Assembly (NCBI GenBank): GCA_022821685.1
Contig: JAJEDD010000027.1
Location: 1,403-65,402 of the forward strand
Length of the DNA: 64,000 nt
From: Acidimicrobiia bacterium
GTDB lineage: Bacteria > Actinomycetota > Acidimicrobiia > Acidimicrobiales > Aldehydirespiratoraceae
Direction of reading: 5' to 3'
Shown: one piece after another, positions 17,349 through 26,741 of the stretch
Numbering within the stretch: position 1 is the first letter of the stretch
Layout: each line of letters opens with the position of its first letter
Translations under genes and position numbers: made by a program
The notes under the pieces: model-generated
Database searches by the model: none
The model's input: the letters and a program-made list of their open reading frames with translations, nothing else
What the model was told of the DNA's origin: nothing

Positions 17349-18155
17349 TCACCGATCCTCCGGGCGAGGCTCGAGGCGAGTAGTCACCGCTCCGAGACCT
17401 CCCAGGTCGGCAACCACAGTCTCGCCGCCCGCCAGGGGGTGCATCGGCCCGAGTGCCCCCGTCATCACCACGTCGCCCGCCTTGAGCGGTGTGCCGCGGG
17501 CGCACATCGTGTCGGCGAGCCAGCGGGCCGCGTGCAAGGGGTGGCCGAGGCAGGCCGCGCCCTCCCCGGTCGATACCTCCGCACCGTCGATCCGCATCGA
17601 CATGGCAACGGTCCTCAGGTCCACGCGGTCGAGCGGCACAGGCCGACCGCCGAGCACATACACGCCGCAACTCGCATTGTCGGCCACGGTGTCGACGATG
17701 CGAATGTCCCAGTCGACGATCCGGCTGTCGACCACCTCGATCGACGCGAGCGCGTACGCGGTGGCGGCGATGATGTCGTTGAAGGAGTGCTCACCTCGGT
17801 CGAGGTCGTGTTCGAGCACGATGGCGACCTCGGCCTCGGCGCGGGGCTGAATGAGGCGCCCCGCCTCGATCTCGACGCCGTCGCCGTACTCCATGTCGAC
17901 GAACAGCGTGCCGAAATCGGGCTGATCGACCCCGATCTGGTCCATCACCGCCTTGGAGGTGACCCCGATCTTGCGCCCGCAGATGCGACGCCCCGCCGCT
18001 ACCGCGGCAACCGTGTTGTGATCCTGCACCGCGTAGGCCACGTCGATGTCGTCGTGGGTGCCGAGAATCTCCCTCACAGGGGCACACGGCACCCGCGAAT
18101 CGGCAGCATCTCGGAGCGCCGCGGCGGCCCTGGCCACAAGAGCGTCGCCGGTCAT
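17349..18155 (-). CDS. 2-keto-4-pentenoate hydratase family enzyme (MhpD/XylJ-like)
   Basis: 268 aa. ...GRKIGVTSKAVMDQIGVDQPDFGTLF..., ...EAEVAIVL... and ...DTVADNASCG... Confidence 0.85.
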   Translation of the reverse strand: MTGDALVARAAAALRDAADSRVPCAPVREILGTHDDIDVAYAVQDHNTVAAVAAGRRICGRKIGVTSKAVMDQIGVDQPDFGTLFVDMEYGDGVEIEAGRLIQPRAEAEVAIVLEHDLDRGEHSFNDIIAATAYALASIEVVDSRIVDWDIRIVDTVADNASCGVYVLGGRPVPLDRVDLRTVAMSMRIDGAEVSTGEGAACLGHPLHAARWLADTMCARGTPLKAGDVVMTGALGPMHPLAGGETVVADLGGLGAVTTRLEPRPEDR

Positions 18156-18412
18156 TGGCCTGGTGCCGGGTGCCCGCCGGGGTTGGTTTGGCGGGCTGCA
18201 GCTCCCGCCTCCTCGGCCAGGCGGGCCTGCTTGTCGGCCAGCAGTTCACCGCCGGTCATGAACTCGGTATTGGAGAACTCCGAGATCCAGACGCGCACCG
18301 ATTCGCGGGGTGCGCCGATGTGCTCGGCCATGGCCTCGGTGATCGCATCCATCAGGGCGCGCTTCTGTTCAGGGCTGCGACCCTCGGCCATATGCACATT
18401 CACTAACGGCAC
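18152..18412 (-). CDS. 4-oxalocrotonate tautomerase family protein
   Basis: MPLVNVHMAEGRSPEQKRALMDAITEAM has Pro-1 after Met and the tautomerase fold pattern. It has a 4-nt overlap with the downstream hydratase. Confidence 0.75.
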   Translation of the reverse strand: MPLVNVHMAEGRSPEQKRALMDAITEAMAEHIGAPRESVRVWISEFSNTEFMTGGELLADKQARLAEEAGAAARQTNPGGHPAPGQ

Positions 18413-18439
18413 GACGTCACCTGATCCCTGTTCGAGCCT

Positions 18440-18567
18440 ACGCGGGCAAGTAAGAGCCGGTCCGTCGCAACGGGGTCATTCCCGCTCTTGTTCGCTGCGC
18501 TCACGGGCCGCTCGGGCCACGGCCTCGCCCGTATGGGCCGGAATCGCTCACCCATGCGCTCGGCCTC
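18440..18567 (+). repeat. dispersed intergenic repeat, short variant
   Basis: gtcattcccgctcttgttcgctgcgctcacgggccgctcgggccacggcctcgcccgtatgggccggaatcgctc.. Its right end supplies the last ~6 codons and the stop of the 18548..19339 gene. Confidence 0.85.
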
Positions 18568-19339
18568 TCACCGAAACCGAGCCGAGATGGGAGTAGCGGG
18601 CGCACACCCGGGTTCCAGCGGCCAGCGGCTTGGCGTCGGTGGGGGCGCCTGCCAGGATGGTCCAACCAGCCTGCAGCCTCTGGCCGTGCTTTCCCAGGTG
18701 GTTGGCGAGCATGGCCACGCACCCGGCCGGATCGCCGAGCAGCGCAGCTCCGGCCGCGGTGGCCACGACTTCACCGTCCACTTCAAGGACACACCCAACG
18801 GTGGTGAGATCGGCGTCGCGGGGGCCGATGGCGCCAGACCCAATCGCGACTCGTGCCGCCGAGGTGTTGTCGGCGACGACATCGCTGAGCTTGAACGAGA
18901 ACGCCTCGTAGCGCGAGTCGATCACCTCGATGCCGCCGGTGACGGACTCCGTGGCATCGAGGACGTCCCCGCTGGTGAGGCCTGGGCCCGCGAGGTCGTC
19001 GCCCAACACGAACACGAACTCGGGTTCGCAGCGAGGGTGAATGAGCCCGCTGAGGTCGACCTCGCCGGAGTCGTCGAGGACCGACGACTCGAGCACCCAG
19101 CCGTACACCGGCTCGCTGACACCCATCTGCTCCTGCTTGGCTGCCGATGTCAGACCCAGCTTGGCGCCCGCGAGTGCATCACCCCGGCCGAGCCGAAGCT
19201 CCAGCAGCGCCGCCTGGATGGCGTAGGCGTCGTCGATGCTGAACTCGCCGACCTGCTTGGTGATGGCCGTCACCGCCGAGCAGTCGTCGGCGGCGGCGAG
19301 CAGGTAAGACGCCCACTCAGCGTGGTCGATCGATGTCAC
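18548..19339 (-). CDS. 4-oxalocrotonate decarboxylase / 2-oxopent-4-enoate hydratase family enzyme
   Basis: 263 aa. ...GAKLGLTSAAKQEQMGVSEPVYGWV..., ...EPEFVFVL... and ...DVVADNTSAA... Confidence 0.8.
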   Translation of the reverse strand: MTSIDHAEWASYLLAAADDCSAVTAITKQVGEFSIDDAYAIQAALLELRLGRGDALAGAKLGLTSAAKQEQMGVSEPVYGWVLESSVLDDSGEVDLSGLIHPRCEPEFVFVLGDDLAGPGLTSGDVLDATESVTGGIEVIDSRYEAFSFKLSDVVADNTSAARVAIGSGAIGPRDADLTTVGCVLEVDGEVVATAAGAALLGDPAGCVAMLANHLGKHGQRLQAGWTILAGAPTDAKPLAAGTRVCARYSHLGSVSVRGRAHG

Positions 19340-20592
19340 GGTCGCTCCAGATCCTCGCGGGCCGCCGCGGCCTCGATGTGCAGCTGCTTCATCTCCTCGG
19401 CGATCGGGCTGTAGCGCATCGAGCCGTCGTTGATCCAGTCGATCGCGAATCCGGCGCCACGGCCGAACTTCGACCGTTCGAGCGGCAGCTTGATCACGTC
19501 ATGGGGCTCCCGAACGACCGCCACCGGATCCTCGCCCCGCCCGACCGCCTGAATCGCTTCCTTGAACATGCGCCGACAGGCCAGCACCCCTACGTCACTC
19601 TTGGTGATCCTCTCGTTGACCCGGTCGGCAACCGGGCCCTGGGTGACCCACGCCATCACGTCCTGGCCCTCGATGTAGTCGACGATGTGGCGGCCGCGCT
19701 CGTCGATCCACTGATACTCGTAGTCAACAACAGGCAGATCGTCGTCGAGCTCCAGCCCGTCGGGGGCATGGACCGTGTAGAACAGCGCCCAAGTGTGGGT
19801 GTCATCGACCGGCACGCGGATCTGCATCTGATACACGCCGTTGCCGCCGACCCACATCTTGTAGGGGAAGACGAGCGGATGGCCGATCTTCCAGTCGTCG
19901 CTGTCCTCGGACTGGCCCTCAAGCAGGCGCCGCTTGATGATCCCGTGATCGAAGGGGTCGAACGCCACCTTCGCATGCTTGTTGGCCACGAACGACTCCG
20001 GCATCGGAGTCCCCTGCTGGCGGGCGATGAACTCGAAGTAGTTGCCATGGAGCGCCTCGACATGGTACGGATCAACGGCGTTCTCCATGATCTGAAGCCA
20101 GTTGCACGGCAGCAGGCTGTGGCCGACGTCCCGGTAGCCGCTCATCACGTAGGCCTCGTAGCGGGGAAGCTCCGGCGCGGGACCGTCGCCGACGTAGGCC
20201 CACACCATCCCGCCCAGCGCCTGCGCGGAGCCGGACCGAACCCCGCACCCGGCCCTGAACTTCGCTGACGAGTCCGGCTCGGCGAGGATCTCGACGCATT
20301 CCCCGGACGGGTTGAACAGCCAGCCGTGGTATCCGCAGCGCAAGCCGGCATCCTCGACGATCCCGTAGGTGAGCGACGCGCCGCGGTGCGGACAGCGCTC
20401 GTCCACGATCCCGTACTCGCCGGACGGGGTCTTGAACAACGCCCAGTTCTCGCCCAGGAGGCGCACCTCCTTGACGGGGAACTCGTCGAGCTCCCGCACG
20501 AACGCGACCGGGTACCAGTAGTGCCGCAGCACGTCGCCCATGGGCGTGCCGGGACCTACCTGGGTGAGCTCGTCGTTCTCTTGCGGTGTCAT
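19336..20592 (-). CDS. Rieske [2Fe-2S] / mononuclear-iron aromatic oxygenase, alpha-only (phthalate-family-like)
   Basis: Trimmed to ATG 20592, with aaggggg upstream. The Rieske motif is CPHRGASL...CGYHGW and the iron site is NAVDPYHVEALH. Confidence 0.9.
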   Translation of the reverse strand: MTPQENDELTQVGPGTPMGDVLRHYWYPVAFVRELDEFPVKEVRLLGENWALFKTPSGEYGIVDERCPHRGASLTYGIVEDAGLRCGYHGWLFNPSGECVEILAEPDSSAKFRAGCGVRSGSAQALGGMVWAYVGDGPAPELPRYEAYVMSGYRDVGHSLLPCNWLQIMENAVDPYHVEALHGNYFEFIARQQGTPMPESFVANKHAKVAFDPFDHGIIKRRLLEGQSEDSDDWKIGHPLVFPYKMWVGGNGVYQMQIRVPVDDTHTWALFYTVHAPDGLELDDDLPVVDYEYQWIDERGRHIVDYIEGQDVMAWVTQGPVADRVNERITKSDVGVLACRRMFKEAIQAVGRGEDPVAVVREPHDVIKLPLERSKFGRGAGFAIDWINDGSMRYSPIAEEMKQLHIEAAAAREDLERP

Positions 20593-20623
20593 GGTGAAGG
20601 CCCCCTTCGAGGACGGCGTTGAG

Positions 20624-22417
20624 TCAGTCGAGGATGGTGACGGTGCCCGAGGATCCATCGACCCGGATCCGGTCACCGGTGCTGATCGTGTTGGTCCCGA
20701 AGCCGGTTCCGGTCACAGCCGGGACGCCGTACTCGCGGCACACGATGGCGGCGTGGCTCATCATTCCGCCGATGTCGGTGACGCAGGCCCGGATCTTGGG
20801 GAAGACCGGGGCCCAGCTGGGCGCCGTGATCGGGGCGACGAGGATCTCGCCCTCCTCCAGTTCGCCCACATCGGCGGGGGAGAAGACGAGGCGGGCGACC
20901 CCCTCGGCCACACCCGGCGACGCGGCCATGCCGGTGATGCCATCGGCGTCGGCCCCCGCGCCCAGCCAGGAAGCCACCGACTCGCTGGTGATGCCCCACA
21001 ACATGATGGTGAAGGGCTCGGTGATGACCTCGGGCGGCTCGCCGAGCGCCTTCGGCGCCTGCCACTGCGACAGCTTGGCGTGGATGGCGCGACGCCTCTC
21101 CACAACCGGCCCCCACTTGGCCGCGCTCATCGTGGGGGAGTTCACGGCCCAGTTGGCGTAGTAGTCCCACAGGATCTGGTCGACCTCGTCGGGGCGCACG
21201 AACAGAAGATCGTCATCGTGGGCGAGCAGGCCGTCCTTGGCCAGGGTGGCGCCGAGCTCACGGACCTTGCGCCACACGACCGACATCGCCCAGTGCTCGA
21301 TGTAGAAGTTGTGGTTCTCGACGTAGGGGAACACAACCCGTGCGAGACCGAGCTTGGAGTCGAAGGCCTCCCGGTCTTCGTCACCGTTGAGCAGATCGCG
21401 ATACTCCGCCACGACCCGGTCGCGCTCGGCGGTGATGGCCTCAATCGGCCGGGTGATGTCCTCACCGGCCTCGATCTTGGCGATGTAGTCGCGGATGAAG
21501 CCGTAGGGGACCGACCGCTCCTCCTTCCAGATCTTGTCGAAGTGGTAGAAGCCGTTCCCGGACGTGAAGTTGAACCACGGATCCTCCACCGCATCCCAGG
21601 CGGCCTGCCATTCGGCGCCCGGGCCGCCCTCGAGCGACACGTTCTCGGGGTCGTCGAAAGCGCGGGCGATGCCTAGGTCGACCGCCTTCTGGGCGAGCAC
21701 CTTGAGCTCCTCGTTGGGGCGGAACAGGTCCACCTCGACGCCGGCGACCATCTTGGCGATCCCGAGATCGGGAATCGAGGGGAACGCCTCCTTGCAGAAG
21801 CCGAAGAAGTCCAGGTAGGCGGCGTAACCGAGGTTCAGGAACTCGAAGTGGTAGTTCCAGGCCTCGAGAACCAGATCGCGGAACTGGTGATACGACTTCA
21901 GCAGCTCGAAGCCACTGCCGAGACCGATGCCGCCGGTCACAACCTCGAGATCCTCCATCTCGGGCAGCGGGTTGAAGTCGAGCGCCTCGATGCGGGCGAT
22001 CGTGTCCTTGACCTTGCCCAGCCACTTGTCGTACAGATCGTTCCAGTTGCCGAAATAGAACCCGGCTCGCTCCATGAACTGCGGCACACGGTCCGCGATC
22101 TTCGACGGATCGACGCCGACCGGCGACAGGTACGCATAGCCGTAGAGGACTCGGAAATCGACGCCGTCGGCGGGCGGAATCCGGTAGTGCCGGCTGTTCA
22201 TCTGGCTCAACGAGGCGAGAGCGACCTCGAAGAAGTACGAGTCCCAGGGCGTCATTGCGTGACCCCAGTGCATCGAATCCCAGAACCAGAAGCGGTCGTC
22301 CTCGTACTGCCGCCGGGCCGCGCCGAACGACGCGGACGGGGAGTACAGCTCCTCCCAGCCCTCGACTCCTTCGGGTCCTTCGACCTCGAACGGGCTCTCA
22401 AAACGATTGGTGGACAT
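20624..22417 (-). CDS. PEP-utilizer (phospho-histidine swivel) domain protein with a ~480-aa uncharacterised N-terminal region; PpsA(phenylphosphate synthase)-like architecture
   Basis: The C-terminus reads GMAASPGVAEGVARLV...ILVAPITAPSWAPVF...TDIGGMMSHAAIVCREYGVPAVTG. No PEP/pyruvate TIM-barrel domain is visible. Confidence 0.8.
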   Translation of the reverse strand: MSTNRFESPFEVEGPEGVEGWEELYSPSASFGAARRQYEDDRFWFWDSMHWGHAMTPWDSYFFEVALASLSQMNSRHYRIPPADGVDFRVLYGYAYLSPVGVDPSKIADRVPQFMERAGFYFGNWNDLYDKWLGKVKDTIARIEALDFNPLPEMEDLEVVTGGIGLGSGFELLKSYHQFRDLVLEAWNYHFEFLNLGYAAYLDFFGFCKEAFPSIPDLGIAKMVAGVEVDLFRPNEELKVLAQKAVDLGIARAFDDPENVSLEGGPGAEWQAAWDAVEDPWFNFTSGNGFYHFDKIWKEERSVPYGFIRDYIAKIEAGEDITRPIEAITAERDRVVAEYRDLLNGDEDREAFDSKLGLARVVFPYVENHNFYIEHWAMSVVWRKVRELGATLAKDGLLAHDDDLLFVRPDEVDQILWDYYANWAVNSPTMSAAKWGPVVERRRAIHAKLSQWQAPKALGEPPEVITEPFTIMLWGITSESVASWLGAGADADGITGMAASPGVAEGVARLVFSPADVGELEEGEILVAPITAPSWAPVFPKIRACVTDIGGMMSHAAIVCREYGVPAVTGTGFGTNTISTGDRIRVDGSSGTVTILD

Positions 22418-22480
22418 GTCTCCTCCTGGGTATTGCGGTCGTGGTCTCGGTGGTTGGTCGACTTGAGGTGGGTGCGGCGG

Positions 22481-23572
22481 TCATCGTGCGTCTGGGGGGT
22501 CAGACTTCTTGTGAAGCGGCGACACGAGCGTCGAGACGATCGACGCCATCGTGTCGGTTCCGCCCCGGTTGAGCGGCTGCGTCTGCCGGCGCGACCAGAC
22601 GGTCTCGGGGCGACTCTGCAGCATCAGCACGTTCTCGCCCTCGGGCAGGTGCCGATCGATCGCCCACTCGACGTCTTGTGGGCAGCCATAGTGCTTCTCG
22701 GCCCGGCGGGCGAGTTGGGCGATTGCGACCAGCTCCGCATCGGACACCGACGCCTGAGCCTGACGGTCAACCTCGATCTCGACCTTCTCGACTACGCCGT
22801 CATCGGTGAGGCGATACTCCATGTGCTTGTGAGAGATCTCACGCTTCACCACCTCGTGCAGGACCTTGTCGACCAGGAAGTTGTCCGGGGTCACCTCACC
22901 GGACACGACAGCCTCGCCGAGCCCCCACGATGCGTCGATCGCCACCTGCGAGCGATCGCCATTCGACGGGTTGAGGGTGAAGGCCACCCCCGACGAGATC
23001 GGATCAACCATCTTCTGCACGCCGACCGACATCCCGATCCCCCGGTGGAGGTACCCCATCTGATGGCGGTAGGCGATGGCGCGGTCGGTGAACAGCGACG
23101 ACCAGCATCGCCGCGTGTGCTCGATCACCGACTGCACCCCGCAAATCCACAGGTACGTGTCCTGTTGCCCGGCGAAACTGGCGTCGGGGAGGTCCTCCGC
23201 GGTGGCCGACGATCGCACCGCGACGGGCAGGTCCGCGAGGTCGCAATGCGAGCACAGGTCCTCATAGGCGCGGCTCAGTGCGTCGACCACTTCCGCCGGC
23301 ACGGGGACGCTCTCGATGCGGCCGCGAATCCGGTTCGCCACCTCCGCGTTCTGCGCGAGATCATCGTGGTCGAGCTGTCGGAGCATGCCGTTGACGTCGT
23401 CGACGAGATCCTGGTGGCTCCAGATGATGCGGTAGGCCTCCGTGGTCAGCGCGAAACCGGGCGGCACCGGCATCCCGGCGCCCATCATCTCGCCGAGGCT
23501 GGCGTTCTTGGCGCCCACCAGCGGCTTCTGCTCGGGCTCATAGCGGTCGTACCACACGATGAACTCGGTCAT
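22481..23572 (-). CDS. PEP/pyruvate-binding ATP-grasp (PPDK_N-type) protein; PpsB-like
   Basis: Trimmed to ATG 23572 (alternative 23656). It contains LVGAKNASLGEM, VAVRSSATAEDLPDASFAGQQDTY and QDVEWAI. Confidence 0.8.
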   Translation of the reverse strand: MTEFIVWYDRYEPEQKPLVGAKNASLGEMMGAGMPVPPGFALTTEAYRIIWSHQDLVDDVNGMLRQLDHDDLAQNAEVANRIRGRIESVPVPAEVVDALSRAYEDLCSHCDLADLPVAVRSSATAEDLPDASFAGQQDTYLWICGVQSVIEHTRRCWSSLFTDRAIAYRHQMGYLHRGIGMSVGVQKMVDPISSGVAFTLNPSNGDRSQVAIDASWGLGEAVVSGEVTPDNFLVDKVLHEVVKREISHKHMEYRLTDDGVVEKVEIEVDRQAQASVSDAELVAIAQLARRAEKHYGCPQDVEWAIDRHLPEGENVLMLQSRPETVWSRRQTQPLNRGGTDTMASIVSTLVSPLHKKSDPPDAR

Positions 23573-23648
23573 GGACTCGCTCACCAGCCTCGCGGTGAAG
23601 GAGCGGACGGTCGGCAGCGCCTCGGCCCAGTCGATGATCGGACAGGCC

Positions 23649-24770
23649 TCACACATCGCATGGGCCTGCCCCTGAGCCTGGCGGCGCGGCGTCGCGGAAG
23701 CCGGCCCAGTCGTCGTGGACCGACCACTGCGGGAGCTGATCGATGTCGGGCACCTTCACCTCCTGCACACGATTGCGGTAGGCGACCGTCGCATCACGGC
23801 CGCCCGCCGTCCACGATGTGTCTTCGAGGAGCTTCACCCGGACATGTTCGGTGTTGTAGGGCTCACCGGGGTCGTAGCCGAGCGCCGACACGGCGAAAGC
23901 TCGAATGCAGCCCGAGTGCGAGCTGATGGCCAGGCGGGCGCCGGGGAACTCCGCGGACAGGCGATTGATTCCCGCCCAGAACCGCCGCACCGTCATCGAC
24001 GGCGGCTCGAAATGGACGAGCGGGATCGTCAGCCAGTGCTGGATCGGGTCGCCCCCGCCCTGTTGGGTTCGCCAGAACCGGTCCATCTCCACCAGCCAAA
24101 GCGGGCGATCCCCCGCTGCCGTGCGCTCATGGCCCTCGAGCAGGGCGCTGTACTGGCGGAACGCCGCGGTCACATCCTTCAAACCGTCGGGAGCGACGAA
24201 CTGGAAGTTACGGAATTCGGCGGCAGGCTCGGGCTCGACGACGATGACGGTTTTCTCGTACTGCGCGATCCCGTCAACGAGACCGCGGTGAATCTGTTGC
24301 GCGGTCTCCGCGGCCCGGTTGGTGGCCGCATGCCGGAACACGATGGTTTCACCGGACTTGATCCGCCGGGCCAGCGTCCGCCCGTAGGTGTGCGCCTGCC
24401 ATACGCCCTGCGGCGTGAGCCCGGAGTCCGTCGAGTAGCCCTGGGTCTCGCCGTGGCGGATGAGGTACACGTCGTTGAGGACCTGCCGGACGGCCGACGG
24501 CGGCGCGGCGACCTCCTTGTTGCGGTTGTCCTCGGTCAGCGCCTGTTGCGTCGCGAGGTCGGAGCGTTGCCAGAGGGGGGCGTTGGGCTGCGGCGGCGCG
24601 CCGCGGCCGCGGAACCGCTTCAGGTAGATCGGCAGGCTCGACGGGGAACCGTCCTCGTCGGCCGTCTCTTCGGGCGGCGGCCGTCGGTGACGCTCGCGGA
24701 ACCGGGCCAGGTACAGCGGAGCGTCAAAGCGGTCGCTGCGCTCGGGTGGCCGGCTGCCGTTGTCGGTCAT
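23649..24770 (-). CDS. histidine-phosphatase-fold protein with an N-terminal Arg/Pro-rich extension
   Basis: Trimmed to ATG 24770, since the longer ORF overlaps the dioxygenase gene. It has the RHG motif VYLIRHGETQGYS and a later ...ISSHSGCIRA... (His). The extension contains the duplicated PLYLARFRER / PIYLKRFRGR. Confidence 0.7.
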   Translation of the reverse strand: MTDNGSRPPERSDRFDAPLYLARFRERHRRPPPEETADEDGSPSSLPIYLKRFRGRGAPPQPNAPLWQRSDLATQQALTEDNRNKEVAAPPSAVRQVLNDVYLIRHGETQGYSTDSGLTPQGVWQAHTYGRTLARRIKSGETIVFRHAATNRAAETAQQIHRGLVDGIAQYEKTVIVVEPEPAAEFRNFQFVAPDGLKDVTAAFRQYSALLEGHERTAAGDRPLWLVEMDRFWRTQQGGGDPIQHWLTIPLVHFEPPSMTVRRFWAGINRLSAEFPGARLAISSHSGCIRAFAVSALGYDPGEPYNTEHVRVKLLEDTSWTAGGRDATVAYRNRVQEVKVPDIDQLPQWSVHDDWAGFRDAAPPGSGAGPCDV

Positions 24771-24828
24771 GCTCGGTCTCGGCTCCGATCCGGGCCGGTG
24801 CGCCGGGCCGTGCGGGCACCGTGTCGCC

Positions 24829-25749
24829 TCATGAGTGCACCGACATGAATCTCTGATCGACCTGTCCCCGGTACGAGAAGATCGCCCTTCCCATTTCCGC
24901 CTCGGTCCAGGTGGTCGGCTCGTCGTCGGGGTCGAACTGGTAGCCGCCGGTGAACACCTCGTTGCGGTTTCCAGCCGGATCGAAGAAGTACAGGCCGCAG
25001 CCCCGGGTGGCGCCGTGCCGGGTGGGGCCGGCATCGATCGGCACGCCGTGGTAGGTGCAGACGTCGGCGGCGGTGCGCAAGTCGTGCCACTCGTCGACCC
25101 AGTAGGCGAGGTGATGGAAGCCGCCGTCGGGTCCGGTCAGGAAGGCGACATCGTGAGCGGTGTGGCTGCGCTCGAGGAAAGTGACCAGTTGATGCCCGTC
25201 GTCGGCTAGGACCTGCTCGGTCAATCGAAACTCCAGCACGTCTTGGAAGAACCGCGTGACCCCGTCGACGTCTTCGCAGAGCAGGAAGATGTGGTCCACA
25301 CGAGGCGGGTGGATGCCGACGAGATGGTCCGGGGCGGGAGGCGGGTTGATCACCGGGAGGCCGTTGCCGACCTGCGCCATCCCGCATTCGAGGTCGACGA
25401 TGTGCCCACTCGGCGCGAGGAATCGCGCCGTCGTGCCCGATCCCTCAGCCAATTCGCCGGGCTCGAACCACTCCACCGCGAGCCCAGCCGCCACAACCCG
25501 CTCGGCCAGCCGGTCGAGCTCGGCTGAAGCAACCACCTTGAACGCCAGGTTGTCGAGCCCGTAGGTGGGTGCCTTGCGGAGGATGAGCGAATGATGCTGG
25601 TGCTCGTCCCAGCCCTTCAGGTACGCCCGCTCGGGCTCTTGGCCGGTGACGACCAGCCCGACGACCTCTGCGTAGTAGGCGAGCGCCAGTTCAAGATCAG
25701 GGACGCGCACCGTTGCGTGCGAGAGCCGCAGAATCCCCGGCGACGTCAT
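24829..25749 (-). CDS. type I extradiol (catechol 2,3-) dioxygenase, paralogue A
   Basis: 306 aa. RVDHIFLL, HDVAF, FHHLAYW, PTRHG, LYFFDPAGNRNEVF (His/His/Glu and catalytic residues in the XylE-like order). Confidence 0.9.
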   Translation of the reverse strand: MTSPGILRLSHATVRVPDLELALAYYAEVVGLVVTGQEPERAYLKGWDEHQHHSLILRKAPTYGLDNLAFKVVASAELDRLAERVVAAGLAVEWFEPGELAEGSGTTARFLAPSGHIVDLECGMAQVGNGLPVINPPPAPDHLVGIHPPRVDHIFLLCEDVDGVTRFFQDVLEFRLTEQVLADDGHQLVTFLERSHTAHDVAFLTGPDGGFHHLAYWVDEWHDLRTAADVCTYHGVPIDAGPTRHGATRGCGLYFFDPAGNRNEVFTGGYQFDPDDEPTTWTEAEMGRAIFSYRGQVDQRFMSVHS

Positions 25750-26666
25750 GTGTGCACCGTTGCGAAGCGCTCGTTGAGCACGCCCTCGTAGTAGAAGACG
25801 GCACGCCCGGCTCGGTCGTCGGTCCAGGTGATGGTCGGGAAGTCCGGATCGGGCCGGTAGCCGCCGGAGAACACCTCGTTGCGGGTGCCCATCGGATCGA
25901 AGAAGTAGATCGTGCTGCCGCGGGTGAGGCCGTGGCGGGTGGGGCCGACATCGATGGTCACCCGGTGGTACGCCAGGAGGTCGGCAGCCCGGCGGACATG
26001 GTCCCAGTCGTCGAGCCAGAACGCGAAGTGGTGGAGCGCTCCGTTGGGGCCGCTTACGAAGGCGATGTCGTGGGGCTTCGCCGAGCGCTCCAAGAAGGCG
26101 ATGGTCTGATGCCCGCCGCCGTCGAGGAGTTGCTCGGTGAGCCGGAAGTCGAGCACGTCCTCGAAGAAGCGGGCGGCCTCTGCCACTTCCTCAGCATGCA
26201 CCAGCAGGTGGTCGATGCGCGGCGGTGCGATCCCTCGCGGGTCGGCCACGATTGGGGGCGGATTCAGCAACGGCAGGCGCGAGCCGACCTTCTCGACGTC
26301 GTAGACCAACTCCATCTCGTGGCCGGAGGGAACTTCGAAGCGGATCGACTCGCCCTGCCCGACCTCCTCGTTGCGGCTGACGCGCCGCACCGGCGAGCCG
26401 GCCCGCTCGATGCGGGTCTCGAAGGCATCGATGTCGCCGGGATGATCGACCTTGAAGGCGAAGCGGTCGATGCCCACCCGAGTGTCGTGACGAATCGCCA
26501 GGCAGTGATGGTCCCGCTCGTCCCAAGCCTTGAGGAAGACCCGCTCACCGGTCTCGTCGGCGACTCGCCCGCTGATGTCGAGGCCCATCACCTCGGTGTA
26601 GTACGCGGTGGCCAGTTCAAGATCCGGTGCCGTGATGTCGACATGGCTCAGACGCAGAACCCCCAC
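25746..26666 (-). CDS. type I extradiol (catechol 2,3-) dioxygenase, paralogue B
   Basis: 306 aa. RIDHLLVH, HDIAF, LHHFAFW, PTRHG, IYFFDPMGTRNEVF. ATGA overlap with paralogue A. Confidence 0.9.
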   Translation of the reverse strand: MGVLRLSHVDITAPDLELATAYYTEVMGLDISGRVADETGERVFLKAWDERDHHCLAIRHDTRVGIDRFAFKVDHPGDIDAFETRIERAGSPVRRVSRNEEVGQGESIRFEVPSGHEMELVYDVEKVGSRLPLLNPPPIVADPRGIAPPRIDHLLVHAEEVAEAARFFEDVLDFRLTEQLLDGGGHQTIAFLERSAKPHDIAFVSGPNGALHHFAFWLDDWDHVRRAADLLAYHRVTIDVGPTRHGLTRGSTIYFFDPMGTRNEVFSGGYRPDPDFPTITWTDDRAGRAVFYYEGVLNERFATVHT

Positions 26667-26741
26667 GCCGGCGACAGTAGCGGCGGCCCTTCCGGCCGGG
26701 CCAGCAACATCCCGTATAGCGGGAAGAACTAGGCTTCGACC

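Noticed and set aside
26711-26723. Near-palindrome cccgtatagcggg in the IclR/dioxygenase divergent region, as an IclR operator.
   Set aside because: It is a single imperfect 13-mer with no second copy and no comparative support. It is plausible but not supportable from sequence alone.
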